Source: Chrysomallon squamiferum
Lineage: Eukaryota; Animalia; Mollusca
Reading direction: 5' to 3'
NCBI GenBank assembly: GCA_012295275.1
Contig: CM022677.1
Coordinates: forward strand, 4,340,001-4,404,000
DNA length: 64,000 nt
The position numbers and the translations under genes were made by a program. The notes below the pieces were generated by a model, which searched no databases, was not told the origin of the DNA, and saw only the letters and a list, made by a program, of their open reading frames with translations. Below are positions 13,981 to 28,504 of the stretch, piece after piece. Positions within the stretch are counted from its first letter, which is position 1. The number at the start of each line of letters is the position of its first letter.

Positions 13981-14520
13981 CTGTAGAACACCAGGTTCAT
14001 TTCTTATTCTTTCAAGATTTATGTTCTAATTATTAAAGTTACTATATGCATTGTTCTTTTGTTTTAATTATCTCTAGCGTCTTACTTTTTATAAACCTTA
14101 GAATTATTTCATCAAAAACAGAACACTAAATGATCAGAAAATGATCTGTGAAGAGACTTGTTTCCTGTCATGAAAGCTTATTTCTACAGTTCAGTTCAGC
14201 TAGTTATTTATAGAATAAAACTAAAATATATTACCTTATTCCTTCATAGTATGTGTTTAATACAAAAATACAATGCTTTATATATATGTTGTTAAATAAA
14301 ACATTAATCCCTTCTTTTTCTCATTAATATATAACATATTAAACTTACTATAATCAATAATAGATGAAAATGTATAAAGTAAATTATTATTATAGTTATT
14401 GTTGTGTTATTATTGTTATTTTTACTATTATTATTACTATTACTACTACTACTGCTACTACTATTATTGTTGTTGTGGTTACTATTGTTGTTAATTTTTA
14501 CAATCATCATGATTATTATC

Positions 14521-14604
<84 letters not shown>

Positions 14605-15352
14605 GCTATTATGATGATGATCTCTTACTGTGTTGCAGGATAATCTTCTTTTTCAGACAATATTTTACGTAGGTCACTGCAGTTTTAGTCAGGTGCTGTC
14701 TAGAAAGTGAGTTTACATCATGAGTTTTTTATTTTATTTTTTTTGTCTTAGAGAGTAAAATAAGTTTTGTGACAATTGTTTATTAATTATCAAACAGTGT
14801 AATGATAATCACTTATTTGCTGATATTAATTATTTTTGTTATTATCATTATAAAGATTGTGCATTACTCATTAAAATTGATATTTGAATTATAACAGAAG
14901 TACTATTTATTTATTTATTATCTTTATTGTTATTTTTTTATTGTTACTTTTTCAGAATGAACATATAGCTCTAATTGATGTGCTGATGTTGGCATACGCC
15001 CGTGAAGTTGTTTCAGCAGAACATGCTGTCCAAGCCATCAGGTAAGCTGTAGTTTTTATTTATTTATTTATTTTATATTTGTATTTGTATTTTTGTTTAT
15101 TAAATACTAAAGTTAAATAAAAAAAAAAACCTCTTTTTACTAAAATGAGATTACTGGCTTGTTAAAGTTTATTTATTTTGTTCAGTTAGTGTTTTGGAAA
15201 GTATCACTGTATGATAAATTGTGTTTCAGTTCAGAGGTTAATGACAAGCTGTATTTAAAGGCTTTTATCTTCTACTTTGAATATTAAGTGATTGCTGAAA
15301 AGAACGAGAAGAATTATGTCGATAGCATTTAAACAAATAAGTGTACGAATGC

Positions 15353-15443
<91 letters not shown>

Positions 15444-15516
15444 GAGACACAGGGAGAGGTAAAAGAAGAATGATATGTAGGGGTGCATATTTTGTATAAT
15501 TTATTATATGACGTAA

Positions 15517-15702
15517 TGAGACCTCAGTCTTTACATTCAGCATATTAGTGAGGTTTAGTATAGATGTAATCTGTTCATGTATCTGATTGCATACAGACTT
15601 ACAGTATGAGACCTCAGTCTTTACATTCAGCATATTAGTGAGGTTTAGCATAGATGTAACCTGTTCATGTAACTGACTGCATACAGACTTACAGTATGAG
15701 AC
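15517..15702. repeat. 90-bp tandem duplication
   Basis: TGAGACCTCAGTCTTTACATTCAGCATATTAGTGAGG at 15517 and 15607. Confidence 0.9.
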
Positions 15703-16537
15703 ATGTACATAACTCACTTTCAGTTTAGTTTCCATGTAAAGAACAAAGCTTGTATTGTAATAAGTTAAAGAAGGGAAGTAACTGCAGCTCTAGAACTTAT
15801 GAACAAATTTATTTGGACATATAATATATGTACATTTGGTTTGAACATGTTCAATGTTTATATTGCCAAATATAATTAAAGAAAATCATAAAAACCAGAC
15901 TCACCCTTTATAATGTTTCAAAACATTGCTATACATACAAACACATACATATAAGGCTTGTCCCATATCAAGAAAATCAGTATGTGAAAGTTATGTCTGT
16001 GCTAAACCTCTCTATTGAACATGTAATTTTAAAACTTTCAGTTGAATTACAACTTTTAACACAACCAGTGAACTTCCATCAGACACTGAGGACACAGTTG
16101 TTTTCTGGTTAAATAAAGTTTGTACTGCTGCCATTGCAAAAGAGAACAAATCTGAGCAGGTGAATTTTTGTTTGTTTTCTTACATATTTCTCATTATTCT
16201 AAACCTAATGAAGCTTAATTTAATTTAATATATGAAGTTGCAGTTTGTAGATAACTTATCAGTAAGTGATCATGCAAACACATAGACATGCACTTACACA
16301 CACATTACACACATACATATTTATGTAAATGTGATTATTTTGTTGTAAATGTTTATTTCTATATTATAAAACAAAAGAAGCAGCTTCATATTTCATCAGT
16401 ATTTTAAAATGTTTAACTTTCCTGTTACCAGACTGGAACTGCCAGCCCTTCACACAGTGTCACTGTTCCTGTGATGACAGACATACTAAAAGATGTAGAC
16501 ACAGATGTACAGTTCCTGTTGTCTGAAGTTTCTGCAT

Positions 16538-16622
<85 letters not shown>

Positions 16623-17074
16623 TTATCAACAAAAAATGTTTGTTCTAAGTGCAAAATTGTATTACATCTTTTATTATATTAATTTATGAAAAATTGGTAT
16701 TTGTAATATTCAGTTTTAGTGTATATACTGAATATGCTTTTACCTGGGTAAATATTTGTTTATTATTTAAAATGGATGATTTCAGGCTTTAAAATATCCT
16801 TATATAATAGTCAGTATTTCTAAGGCTGCTAATAAAGAAAGTTAATATTAAAGGAATTTTTACAAAGATTTATTTTAACAGACACCTTATATTGCAGGGT
16901 TTATTATTATTTATATTAATTTTAATTCAGCATATCGCTATGGTAACAGGAGGTCAGATGTCACAAAACACCAAGTAGTCATTAGCAACACAACAAAACT
17001 AAACAAGAACTAAACAAATCAAACTCTTCTCCGTAAGTATTCACTTAATTCACTTTGTTAAGTTTGTAGTGATG

Positions 17075-17385
17075 GATAGACTGGCTCAGTGGTTAGAGTT
17101 TGTTGGGTTCTAGGGTCAGTCCTACGTGGAGGACTAATAAAGTTATTTACCAATCTAGCCACTGATCTGTGACTGATATTAGTAACATCATGTTATATGT
17201 TTTGTTTTCTGTGGAAAGATGTATATTAAAAACAGATTTTTAGTTTGTTGTTTAAAAAGGGTGTCAGTTCATATTGCAGAAACAGGTTTTCTTTTTCATT
17301 AGCTGTTTTGTTGTTTACCTTTTAAAATGGAAAGGACTAGTAAAAACAAGCTGTGTGTGTTGTTAAATAAAATATTTCTTCTTTA
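17075..17385 (+). mobile_element. Degenerate tRNA-derived SINE
   Basis: A-box-like TGGCTCAGTGGTTAGAG at the 5' end, core ...TCTGTGGAAAGATGTATATTAAAA, 3' tail GTGTTGTTAAATAAAATATTTCTTCTT. Confidence 0.55.
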
Positions 17386-18003
17386 TTTCATATTTGTTAT
17401 ATTTTAGCAACATTTATATTTATCAATAATCAGGTTATAATACTATATTTTTCAAAGATACTGATTTGTTTTTTTTATTCAGAATTTACATTTATATTTT
17501 GGTAAACCACTTTAGACTATTTTTTTAAATATTTATTTTTAATTATTCATTAACTCAGACTGTGTATGCATATATGCACAACTGAAATCTAATAGCTGAA
17601 ATATATTTTTGTCTACAAACATTCATTTGTATCAGTAAATGGTATTGATATGCACATATAACAGTAAATAATGTTTAAATAAAAACAATAAAGAAATAAA
17701 TTGTTTGTTTTTACTTTTTCAGACACACAGCACAAAACAGACAAGTGTTGTTATCTAAACTTCAGAATGGGACACACACAGACAGCAGAACAGACAGAGA
17801 AGTTTCTAAAAAAAACTGGTATGAAAAACACACATTAATTCAGTTGTTTAACTATCAATTTACATTCTTCTCAGTTTTTGTGTTGTGTGTATTCTCAATA
17901 CAGAGTAAGAAAAGCAGATTAGTACAAGGAAAGTCTACAATAACAAGTAAAGTTACTTCTACATTTATTTCTCTCGTAACATTTTTATTTCATACAAAAA
18001 GCT

Positions 18004-18443
18004 CTAACAGACTGTGTATATCAGCATTTTACAACAATTTACTCAGTCTTTGAGGTTTACTTTTACATTTCTTATATTTTTGGATTATATAGATCAATTA
18101 AAATAAAAAATAAAATAAAATATTGGGTAAGTCATCCTTTACATATAAGCTTGTTAAAATATTGTTACACTTTATTATTATGAAAAGCTGGTACCACTAA
18201 AACTGGAATATACAAAATACAGTAGGTCCATTATAGCATCACATATATTCATAAAGTTCAACTTTTATAAGTAAAATTAGACAATTTTTTCATCCATTAG
18301 TTTAAAGCATGTTTATCATTTCTTCATTTAGTCATCCACATCTGTTTTCATCATCCTGTCATCTATATTAGACTTTATTTTTTTTAACTTAAACACATTC
18401 TTGATTTTTTTTTTTTTTTTTTTTTAGCATTATTATCTTTATT

Positions 18444-18475
<32 letters not shown>

Positions 18476-18655
18476 TATTATTATTTTTTTTTTATTTTCA
18501 TTTATTTTCAATAATCACATGGTACTCCACACAAAAAATTCTAACAGACTGAGTATGACAGCACTTTACACTAATTTACTCAGTCTGTGAGGTTTACTTT
18601 TACATATCTCATATGTTCTGATTATATAGATAAATTAAAATAAAAAATAAGTTAA
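18004..18655. repeat. About 110-bp dispersed direct duplication (18004-18115 and 18541-18655)
   Basis: CTAACAGACTG..AATTTACTCAGTCT.TGAGGTTTACTTTTACAT...AATTAAAATAAAAAATAA present twice. Confidence 0.8.
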
Positions 18656-21062
18656 AATGTCTTCATTTTAAATTTCTTCATCATCATCATCATTATTGTT
18701 GTCGTCTAGATTTATAATATCAGTTATTAAAACAGGCCTGTAATATTGTAAATTATCCTCTCTGTTCAATTGTATTTTAAATATTTATTTTTAGGTTATG
18801 TTTTGGTTAAAAAAGCCTACTCATTTGTTTATTAATTTTCTTATTTTTAAATCCCTACTTATTATTATTATTGTCTAAACCAAATTAAGCCATTGCTAAA
18901 TTAAATGGACCAGAAAAAGTGAAATCTGTTTTTCTTTGATCTTTAAACTTTAGCAGTAGGAATTATTCTTTCATTATATTTGATTTTCTTATTATTGTTT
19001 GTTTTAAAAAGACATACTTAATTTTTTTAATTGAATTAATATTTTTTTAGGATTATTCTCACTCCTTTTAATCTACAGTATTTTATTATTGTTTGTTATT
19101 ACTGTTTATTTTTATTTTATTCAAATTACAACTTAAATTTTTAGATTTTATAAGAGAATTATCTTTCTGATCCTGTCTACTTGATAGATAATTGTTATTT
19201 ATTTTAGAAAGTTGTAGAAATACCTGAGAGGGGAAGTGGGAGAGTTATATCTATAGATTAGATGTGTAATTTTATTCATTAATAATGATATTAATTTTAT
19301 ACTGTTGTTATTACTCCACAACAAATCAGCTTTACTTTAGTTACTTTTGAATATGTAATTATATTTATTTATTTACTTTTTATACATTATTGTCATGTTA
19401 ATACAATATTATTTATATGTTTATTGATTTATGGTGTATTTAAAGATATTTGTATTGATCAACTTATTTATTTATTTATTTATTGATTGATTGATTTATT
19501 TGCTTGTTTGTTTGTTTATCTAGGAGCTGGCTGAGTCTGATGTTAAACACTTTGTAATTCTGTTCTGTGACGGAGGATGTCAGTACAAGGCTTTGTGTTC
19601 TTTCACAGCAGAAACTGATGAATTATAAAAATTTGTTGTGTAGGACCTGAATAAATACCCAATAAAATGATTCATAGGTTTTGTAAGTAAGTACATATTA
19701 CATATTTCATATCTGTCATACTAGATATTACCTCAAATACAGTCTTGATAAGAAAGTGTATTTTTATGTTATTTCAAATCTGTCTTCATCTTTATAAATT
19801 TGTACATTCCTCAACATGCATTTCCAATATAGTACAACCTCTGTAAAACAGACACTGTCTAAAAAAGACAACAACAAACCGGCAAGAAAAGAAAGAGTTT
19901 ACTAATAATGTTTATACGTCAGTTAACAGTTTTTACTTACATATTTATTCTTGTCCATTTTTTTGTCTTCAACTGAACTAAATTATCACTTGTGCTAAAC
20001 AGCTCTTTGCTGATCTTCACAATAAACCATGTGACTTTGAACCCACTGCATGGAATTTTCCACATTTGAATGTATGCAAGAATTGCTTGTTCAGAAGCTT
20101 ATAAAAAACACACTGAAGTATTTATTAATTATTATTATCAGAGACAACACATTGTTATGGTTTGTGTATCAAGGAAGCTGGTCTCTGAAACATTGGATTA
20201 GTGGTTAGCCCATACTGATAAATGTTTAGAATATACTGATCAGTATTTAGAAGATGGATGAGTGATTAGAAAAAATGGATCAGTGATAATCACACATGGA
20301 TTATTGGTTTCAGAAGGTGATTGACAGCTGGTTGGTTGCAGGAACACTATCTCTCTCTCTCTCTCTCTCTCTCAAAAATTTCTTTCACATTATAAGACAA
20401 TGAAAATGTTTTTAGGGGCAGAATAAAAAGCAATGGGAAATTAACAGTGTAAAATGAATATTCATTTCCAGTGCATATGTAAACATTCTTATATTTATTA
20501 AAAACTAACATCTAGTGTTTATCATTGCTACATAATAACAAAATTTAATTTATAGTTCTACATTTTCACCAGCCATGCTATTTTATATCACTTTTTTATT
20601 TATTTATTTCTGTTATTGTTTATGATGGACTTTTTCTGTCAGTCTCTATATTTTAATATTTCTCTTTTTTTATTTACATAATTATTAATAATTGATTTAT
20701 ATAAGTAATTAATTTAATGATATGATTTCTTTTGGTTTTGTTTTAGAAAGAAGTAAAAAAGAAATAAATATAAAATGATTTTAAGCTTCTTCACCAGTAA
20801 AAAACAAACAAATGCATCATTCCATTTCTGTTTGCAGGGAGATGAGTTCCTGCGTCTGCCCAGACACACAAAACACTGATTTGATTCGCAGTCTGAATGT
20901 GGCTGCTGATGGACCTGAGGTTGTTGTGGAAGCTGATGAAAGTTTACAACTTCTACTTGAACCTGGAGACGAAGCAGCAGACAATTCACCTGCTGATGTG
21001 AGAAAACAACTTTTAATGATAATTGTATCAATTAATGTGATTTAGATTAGTTTTGTAGTAAG

Positions 21063-21149
<87 letters not shown>

Positions 21150-22155
21150 CACTCATTTCATGGTGTCTACTGGTTATTCAGAAAGAAGGTAAGGTAAAGC
21201 AAATCAGATTTTGTACTTACACTCAAATGTTAAGAATTTTATATTTTATTGAAACAAAACCATGTTAAAATACTACATATGAAAATCAGTAAGAAGTGAT
21301 TTCAAGGAGAAAATAAATGAGGAATATGTAGAGATAAAAATAAAATGAAAGTGTAATATAAAAAAATGGGTATATGTAGAGATAAAAATAAAATAAAAAT
21401 CTAATGTAACAAAAATGGGGTATATGTAGAGATAAAAATAAAAGTAGCTGATTTCAATTCAGGTTTAATGTGCAGTTTTAAAGCTGATTTTAAATATGCT
21501 AATGCAACATGCTAATTTAAACATGCTGACTAGACTTCACAGTTTTATACAAGCAAATTTCAACTTTAAAATATAAATACGCCAATGGAAAATGCTAATG
21601 TGAATGTGCCAGTTAAAAGATGCTTATTTAAATAGGCTAATGTAAAAAATATTTTTATTCATTTAAATTCTGATATATATATAATCTAGAAATGATGAGC
21701 TTAAAATAATTCATAATTTGTAGAACATTCAGATCTTTGATTCATAGGGTGTAAAATAAAATCTACAGTGAACTCATGATATTTCAAATCACTGTTTGTC
21801 AGATATAGCTAGCTGCAAGTTCTTCAGACGGGAAACATTTTTAACATGATTAATCAGGCTGCATCACAGTTTCAGCATTCCAAACTGATTTAAACTATGT
21901 GCTACTGTCTATTGCTTCTCAATTATAAATGACTTACTTATTTAAAAAAAGAAGAGTTGTGTTTTATACCTGTGGAATTTTCCAGTTGTGTTTCATGATG
22001 AATTTAAGTTCTACAGGGCTAAATGAGAAAGAAACAATTATTTCAAAATAAAACTCATGAAGACGTCCTTCAGTAAAAACCATGTTCTGTTTTTGTTACC
22101 AGAAACTGGTGGCAGGAATATTTTCTTCCTTTTTTATTATTTTTATTATTTTATC

Positions 22156-22275
<120 letters not shown>

Positions 22276-23129
22276 TAATTAACCAGTTTTAAGTTTTAAA
22301 ACTGTGATGAGCAATCATGTCTACAATACACATGATCAGCAGTTCACAACAATTTCATTAATAAAGAAATTAACTTTTTACATTTTTACACACACCAATA
22401 AAATCTCATCCTTAATAAAAGATAAATATGATATTAATTATATTAATAAAATTTGTTTCAGTAAATTTCTTACAGAAATCCTCGAAGAGGGTTTGCAGAA
22501 ATGTTTGGCTATAGAACTAGTGTTTGGTTTCACTTTTTTACTATTTGCATACACAATGGATGCATAATGATTATTCATAACTGTACAGATTTTTTTAAAG
22601 AAATTTTTAAAAGTGTATTTCTGTTATCAAGTTAAAAACTAAACCATATAGAAATCTCTAAAACACATCATTTTGAATAATTTTAGATTGATGATAATAT
22701 TAAGGACATTAATCCAGAAAACAATGTTATATAGGTAGAGAAATATTAGATTATATCTAAATCAAAATAATATCAAAAAAATGTACTACTTACAGTTTTC
22801 ATCTAACTTAATGTAGTTTCATTTAGCTACATGTAATGCTTTGTATACATATATAAATAAGATAATCTCTATCTTTTAAAATAAACTGTCATCATCAATC
22901 ATTATGATTATTATTATTATTATTATTAGGTACATGAATAATTATATTAATACTATGAATATTTTATTAATACATAAGGACATGGTATTATTTATTAATA
23001 TTTGGTACATTTAATAAATGGTTTTATTTAGATGTTGTGTAATTTTTAATTTAATAAACTGAGTTACACTAAATATTTGTCATCTAGGCAAGATAACTGT
23101 ACAGTGAAATTTGTGTCTAAATTTAATAA

Positions 23130-23312
23130 ACCTGTGTCTAAATAACTAAAAATCCTTGTCATCTGTGCAAGAAAACTGTGTCTAAATAACTGTATAGTGA
23201 AATACTGTGTCTAAATAACTGTATAGTGAAATCCTGTGTCTAAATAACTGTATAGTGAAATACTGTGTCTAAATAACTGTATAGTGAAATCCTGTGTCTA
23301 AATAACTGTAAA
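23130..23312. repeat. 29-bp tandem repeat, about 5 copies
   Basis: CTGTGTCTAAATAACTGTATAGTGAAAT(A/C) at 23176, 23205, ... Confidence 0.9.
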
Positions 23313-24708
23313 TTTTAGTCACATAATTTTACACTGTGCATCTCATAAAAGCTTGCAGATTTATAACTGGGTTTGTTTGTTCTTGTGTATTTGTATTTTA
23401 TTTATTACAAGTCACACACTTCTAAAATACATGTTTACATTGATTTATTTTTGTAATGTTGTTTTTTCTTTCATTATACATTTTATTACATTACATTGTA
23501 ATATGTGTTTTTCTTACTTAATTTTATTTGTTTCTGCTTGCTTAATCTCTGTCTTGTTTTAAAAATATTAATTAACAATAATTAATAATATGTCAAATAT
23601 AATAATAATAAAAAATGACATTTATGAGTGAAATAAATATAGATTGTAAAATAAGCTATAAATAATTGATAAAACAGTAATAGTTAAATCTAATGTTTTG
23701 GTTTGTTTCATGCTATATATAGACTGCATAGATTAAATATTTGTTTTAATTAAATTGTCTTTTCCTTTCTGGTTTTTTTTTTTTTTTTTTTTTTTTTTCA
23801 ATTTTTTTTGTTTCTTGATTCACAATATTTTGAATTTAATTTTTTCATTTTTATATATATATATATTTCATTTTATTTATTTTATCATTATTTAATTTAT
23901 TTTTCCTTACATATCCAAATGTGAGATATTTCATCATCATAGGTTATTCCCCCATCCTGATTTGCCTGCCCCTGTTTTTTCTCACCATATTTTCATTCAT
24001 AAAGCATTTTCACTGCATTTAATTGATTAAAAATGAACTTTTTTCTCTCCATTTTCATATGAATTCACTATGATTCCAGTTGTTTGCATTGCCTGTAGAT
24101 ATATATATATATATATATACATTTCACTTAATTTCATTTAATTTTCATTATTATTTACAACCAATAGTTTTGAAATTTATGTTACATATTTTTATGATAC
24201 CTTTAACAAAAAAATAAAAAAAATAATAAAAATAATAATAATAATAATTGCTTGTGTCAAATATAATTATCTATAAGCCTCTAATATTATGTATAATTCT
24301 GTTTCTTTTCTTTTTGTAATTTTTGTTTCAGATTTCTTGTATTTGCTTTTTACACTTGAATATTGGCTGTGATACTGATAGCCTTACCTTGTTGCTGTAA
24401 ACAGGCAGTTATCTGTATATAAAAATCTCAAAGCGTGTTTCAAATTTGTTGTGTTTTTATTTTTGTTACCTCACTGTTAACTAAACTGTGAGGATTGAAA
24501 AAGTTCTTCATTACAAGCTAACACTCAAATAACACTCAAATAACACTCAAATAACACTCAAATAACACTCAAACCAAAACTCAAACCAAACCAAAAGCTG
24601 AAGCAAACAAGCCTCAAGTTGTGGGTCTGTGGCTGGCACACTTTAAATCAAACATCAAAAGTCAGCTAGAAGATAAAGCACGCAGTGCGGCATATACATT
24701 TTGTGTCA

Positions 24709-25048
24709 TACATTGTGCATGTTTTATGTTTTATCTCTGTTATGTTTATTAGTGTGTGTGTATCTATGTAAGTATACATTGTATGTGTATTTATCTTTAT
24801 ATGTGTAAAACATTTTTATCTATTTAAGTAAACATTGTGTGTGTTTTATATGTTCATTCTATGTTTGTATCTGTTTGTTTCTATATAAGTAAACTTTGTG
24901 CTTATGTTGTATGTTTTCTTCTGTATGCGTATCACCATGTGTGTGTCTATATACAGCTCTGTGTATCTATCCAGGAATGTATTGTTTTTGTTTTTCTGTA
25001 GGATATCTGTATTGCTGTCTATATCAACAATGCCATTAGTAATAATAA

Positions 25049-25090
<42 letters not shown>

Positions 25091-25120
25091 AAATAGTAGT
25101 AGTAGTAGTAATAATAATAA

Positions 25121-25157
<37 letters not shown>

Positions 25158-25161
25158 GTAG

Positions 25162-25225
<64 letters not shown>

Positions 25226-25708
25226 CGAAGTAGAAGGAGAAAAGCAAACATTAAAGCAGTAGTTTAATATATGTGTGTGTGGATGTGTGTGTGTGTGTGT
25301 GTGTGTGCGCGATCCCGCTTCTGTGTTTGAACATGTTTGTGTGTAAATGTTGATATATATATATATTTGTGTATTTACTTGTGCGTGTTTTATGTTTTAT
25401 CTCTGTTATGTTTATCACTGTGTGTGTATCTATATAAGTATACATTGTTGTGTTTTTTATGTTTTCCTCCATAATATATGTATCACTGTGTGTATAATCT
25501 ATATAAGTATACATTGTATGTGTATTTATCAGTCTCTCTGTTATATGTGTAAAACTATTTTTGCCTATTTAAGTAAACATTGTGTGTGTTTTATATGTTT
25601 ATTCTATGTTTGTATCTGTTTGTATCTATAGAAGTATATGTTTTGTGTCTACATATCTGTTATGTATACAGCTCTGTGTATCTATCTAGGAATATATTGT
25701 TGTTTTTT

Positions 25709-25752
<44 letters not shown>

Positions 25753-25807
25753 TTTTTTCTGTATGATGTCTGTATGGCTGTCAACAATGATAGTAGTAGT
25801 AGTAGTT

Positions 25808-25854
<47 letters not shown>

Positions 25855-25855
25855 T

Positions 25856-25920
<65 letters not shown>

Positions 25921-26100
25921 TGTAGTAGTAGTAGTTGTTGTAGTAGTAGTAGTAGTAGTAATAGAAGTAGTAATAATAATAATACTACGAAGAAGAAGAA
26001 AAGCAAACACTGAAACAGTAGTTTAATATATATGTGTGTGTGTGCGTGTGTGTGTGCCTGCTTCTATCTGTGTATGAACATATTTGTGTGTCAATGTTGC
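24709..26100. repeat. Tandem duplication of a 670-760 bp low-complexity block with independently expanded (GTA)n/(TAA)n tracts
   Basis: GTTTTATGTTTTATCTCTGTTATGTTTAT at 24721 and 25387; AAAAGCAAACA..CAGTAGTTTAATATAT at about 25240 and 26000. Confidence 0.85.
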
Positions 26101-27429
26101 TCTACGTATATTTGTGTATATGTATTTATACAGGAATCAATATTCTGTTTTGTTACGTTTAGAATGAGAAGAATCGGAAAGCAGTGGTATGCGTGTGGGT
26201 ATATATACATATATGTGTGTGTATATGAGGCTATCTATGTCGTATTTATGTTACTGTGTACGTAGATAAAATTATTACTTAAATGTTCATATTCCTGCTG
26301 TTATTGTTAGTGTTGTAAAATAAATAAACTGATCAAAAAACTTTTAACAACAACAAAAATCAGAATAAACTAAAAAATAATAAGTAAATAAAAAAAATAC
26401 TTCAGATCGCAGTTCCGCCCATGTGCCCCTGCTACGTGAATATTGTGAATTGTTCCCTACTCAAACTAACTTGAACGTGCACACTGAATAAAGACGAAAC
26501 ATGATCGCTAACACCCGGATTTAAAACACGTGTCTGTAGACCTCAAGTGAGGTATCTAGTTTCACATCTAGTCACGTTTTTAATACTTCGATTGAGGGTT
26601 GTTTTATTTTGTTTGTTTGTTTTGTTTGTTGTTTTTTTTAATTTTTTTTCTTTGCTTAATAATTTTCGTTTGTGCGGTTGTTTCTCTTATTATATTTTTG
26701 TTTTGTGTGTGTGAGTCTTTTTTCTTCTTTCTTTTTGTTTGTTTATTCATTTGTTTGCATTAACAGAATAAATAATTAAATAATTAAAAAATTAAACTTA
26801 ATTTAACGTCTAAGACAGAAGTTTATAAAATATCTCAAGCAGAATAGTTGAGAATGCTAATGATCGCCAAAACAATAATCTGTATTAGCTGTTAATACTA
26901 AATTTATAATAAAACTCAACAGTGAACTACTTTGTACTATACTGATACTATACACATTAATTATATTATACACACAGACATACACACACACATACAGCTA
27001 GGTGAATATATAGGTAGCTATGCAGACAAAGAGATGACGAAACAATGTAAAATAGTTTTAAAATTTAAATGAAATAATGACAGAAGAATTTTATTTGTTA
27101 TCATATAAATATTTTATTACAGTTTTGTTCGATTATACTTGAATATGTACAAATATATTTTAAATACAACATTCTTTTAAATAAACTACTTTATAAAATA
27201 ATAGAATTGTTTAGATGGAGAGAAAGAGAGAGAGAGATTAAATGACAAAACTGGGTGAAAATTTCAAAAGTAATTCATAATAAATAAATAACATATTTAA
27301 AAAAAAAAATAAGTAAACAAATTAACTAAATTAATTACCTTACAATAAATAAATAACTGATTTTCTGTTTACTTATCAGAAAGAAATGTCTGTGGACTTT
27401 CAACTTCAAAACAGTTCAGTGAAACTAAG

Positions 27430-28152
27430 TTAGCAGACAGTTTGAAGTTTACTTTTGACACCATGTAAATATTTTTCATTGTACTCTCCCACGTACAAGT
27501 TGTTGACATCACAACAGACACACAAAGGTTCGGACAGTCCGTCCTGGTCAGTGAGGATGTCACGTGTAATGTTACCATCTCGTGAAAACTGAACAACACA
27601 TTTTCTACTAAAATCACAAACAAAAAGATTCCCCTCCCTGTCACTTGTAACACCTGTCAAGTCTCTCAGTTTGTCTGAATCACGTGACTCCCATTTGACG
27701 TCACCTGATATTTACATTTGACACAACAGTCAGACAGTGATCGTGAACTGTGAGACACGACGGACTGGGGATCAAATCTGCTGAGATAGAATCAATGAAC
27801 TGACATCTGACTCTGATTTTCTTGTCAGCAAATCTTCCCCCAATTTTATCATTTTTTCGTTTTCCTCAATCAGATGTTTGTGTTCATTGAATAATTTGTC
27901 TATTTCTGAGTTTACAAAGTTCTGAGATTTTTCTATTTCTCTTATTAACCTGTCTTGTTCTTTGTGGACTGCGGCAGTAAAATCTGTGATTAGTGTGTTA
28001 CCAATCCTTCTGACCTCTTCTGTGGTGTCCACGACACTGATGTCGACGGCTTGGAGAAGTTGCTCAATCTTTTCATCCATCTCTGTCTGAAGAATTTCTA
28101 TAAAGTTTTTCAGAAACAGAACTCAGAAGTGACTTGTGACCTCCCTTTTGAG
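27430..28152 (-). pseudogene. TRIM-NHL-like (coiled-coil plus beta-propeller) gene fragment, internally deleted
   Basis: 28080-27772 is coiled-coil (DEKIEQLL...EQDRLIREIEK...GEDLL), followed by a stop and frameshift into SGDVKWESRDSDKLRDLTGVTSDREGNLFVCDFSRKCVVQFSRDG...PLCVCCD (last NHL blades). Acceptor at about 28153. Confidence 0.7.
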
Positions 28153-28504
28153 CTGAAGTAAATAAATAAATGAATAAATAAATAAATAATCAATCAGTCA
28201 ATTAATTAATTAATTAATTAATAAAGATATGCCTACAATGTGAAGCTTTAGAATTTATGTTATCAACTACTTTTAAAAATCTGAGTAGAAAAATGACATA
28301 AAGTTTCCTCTATTTCTTTAGGTTGTGATGGTTAATATACGGCATAAATATCTTTAGTTAAACAATCACTAATTTTTTTTTTTTTTATTAGTATTTTGTT
28401 GTAACGAATCTAAACACAACACAGCTAACACGAATATATTTAGTTAAACCCTCACTAAATGTTTGTTTTAGTATTTTGTTGTAACGAATCTAAACATAAC
28501 ACAG

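Larger units (their letters stand above)
14639..19686 (+). pseudogene. CAMSAP: Unprocessed, internally deleted CAMSAP/Patronin pseudogene (copy 1)
   Basis: Exons with GT-AG sites: 14639-14706 (GHCSFSQVLSRK), 14956-15041 (NEHIALIDVLMLAYAREVVSAEHAVQAI), 16042-16159 (*ITTFNTTSELPSDTEDTVVFWLNKV), from about 16432 (VPVMTDILKDV; CH-domain start), 19524-19686 (ELAESDVKHFVILFCDGGCQYKAL...KMIHRFCK; CKK domain). In-frame stops and frameshifts present. Confidence 0.85.

Noticed and set aside
17075-17130. tRNA-like A-box sequence
   Set aside because: No cloverleaf or intact B-box; it is a SINE head
24520-24595. (TAACACTCAAA)n short repeat resembling telomeric repeats
   Set aside because: The 11-bp unit is not TTAGGG-type and there are only about 5 copies
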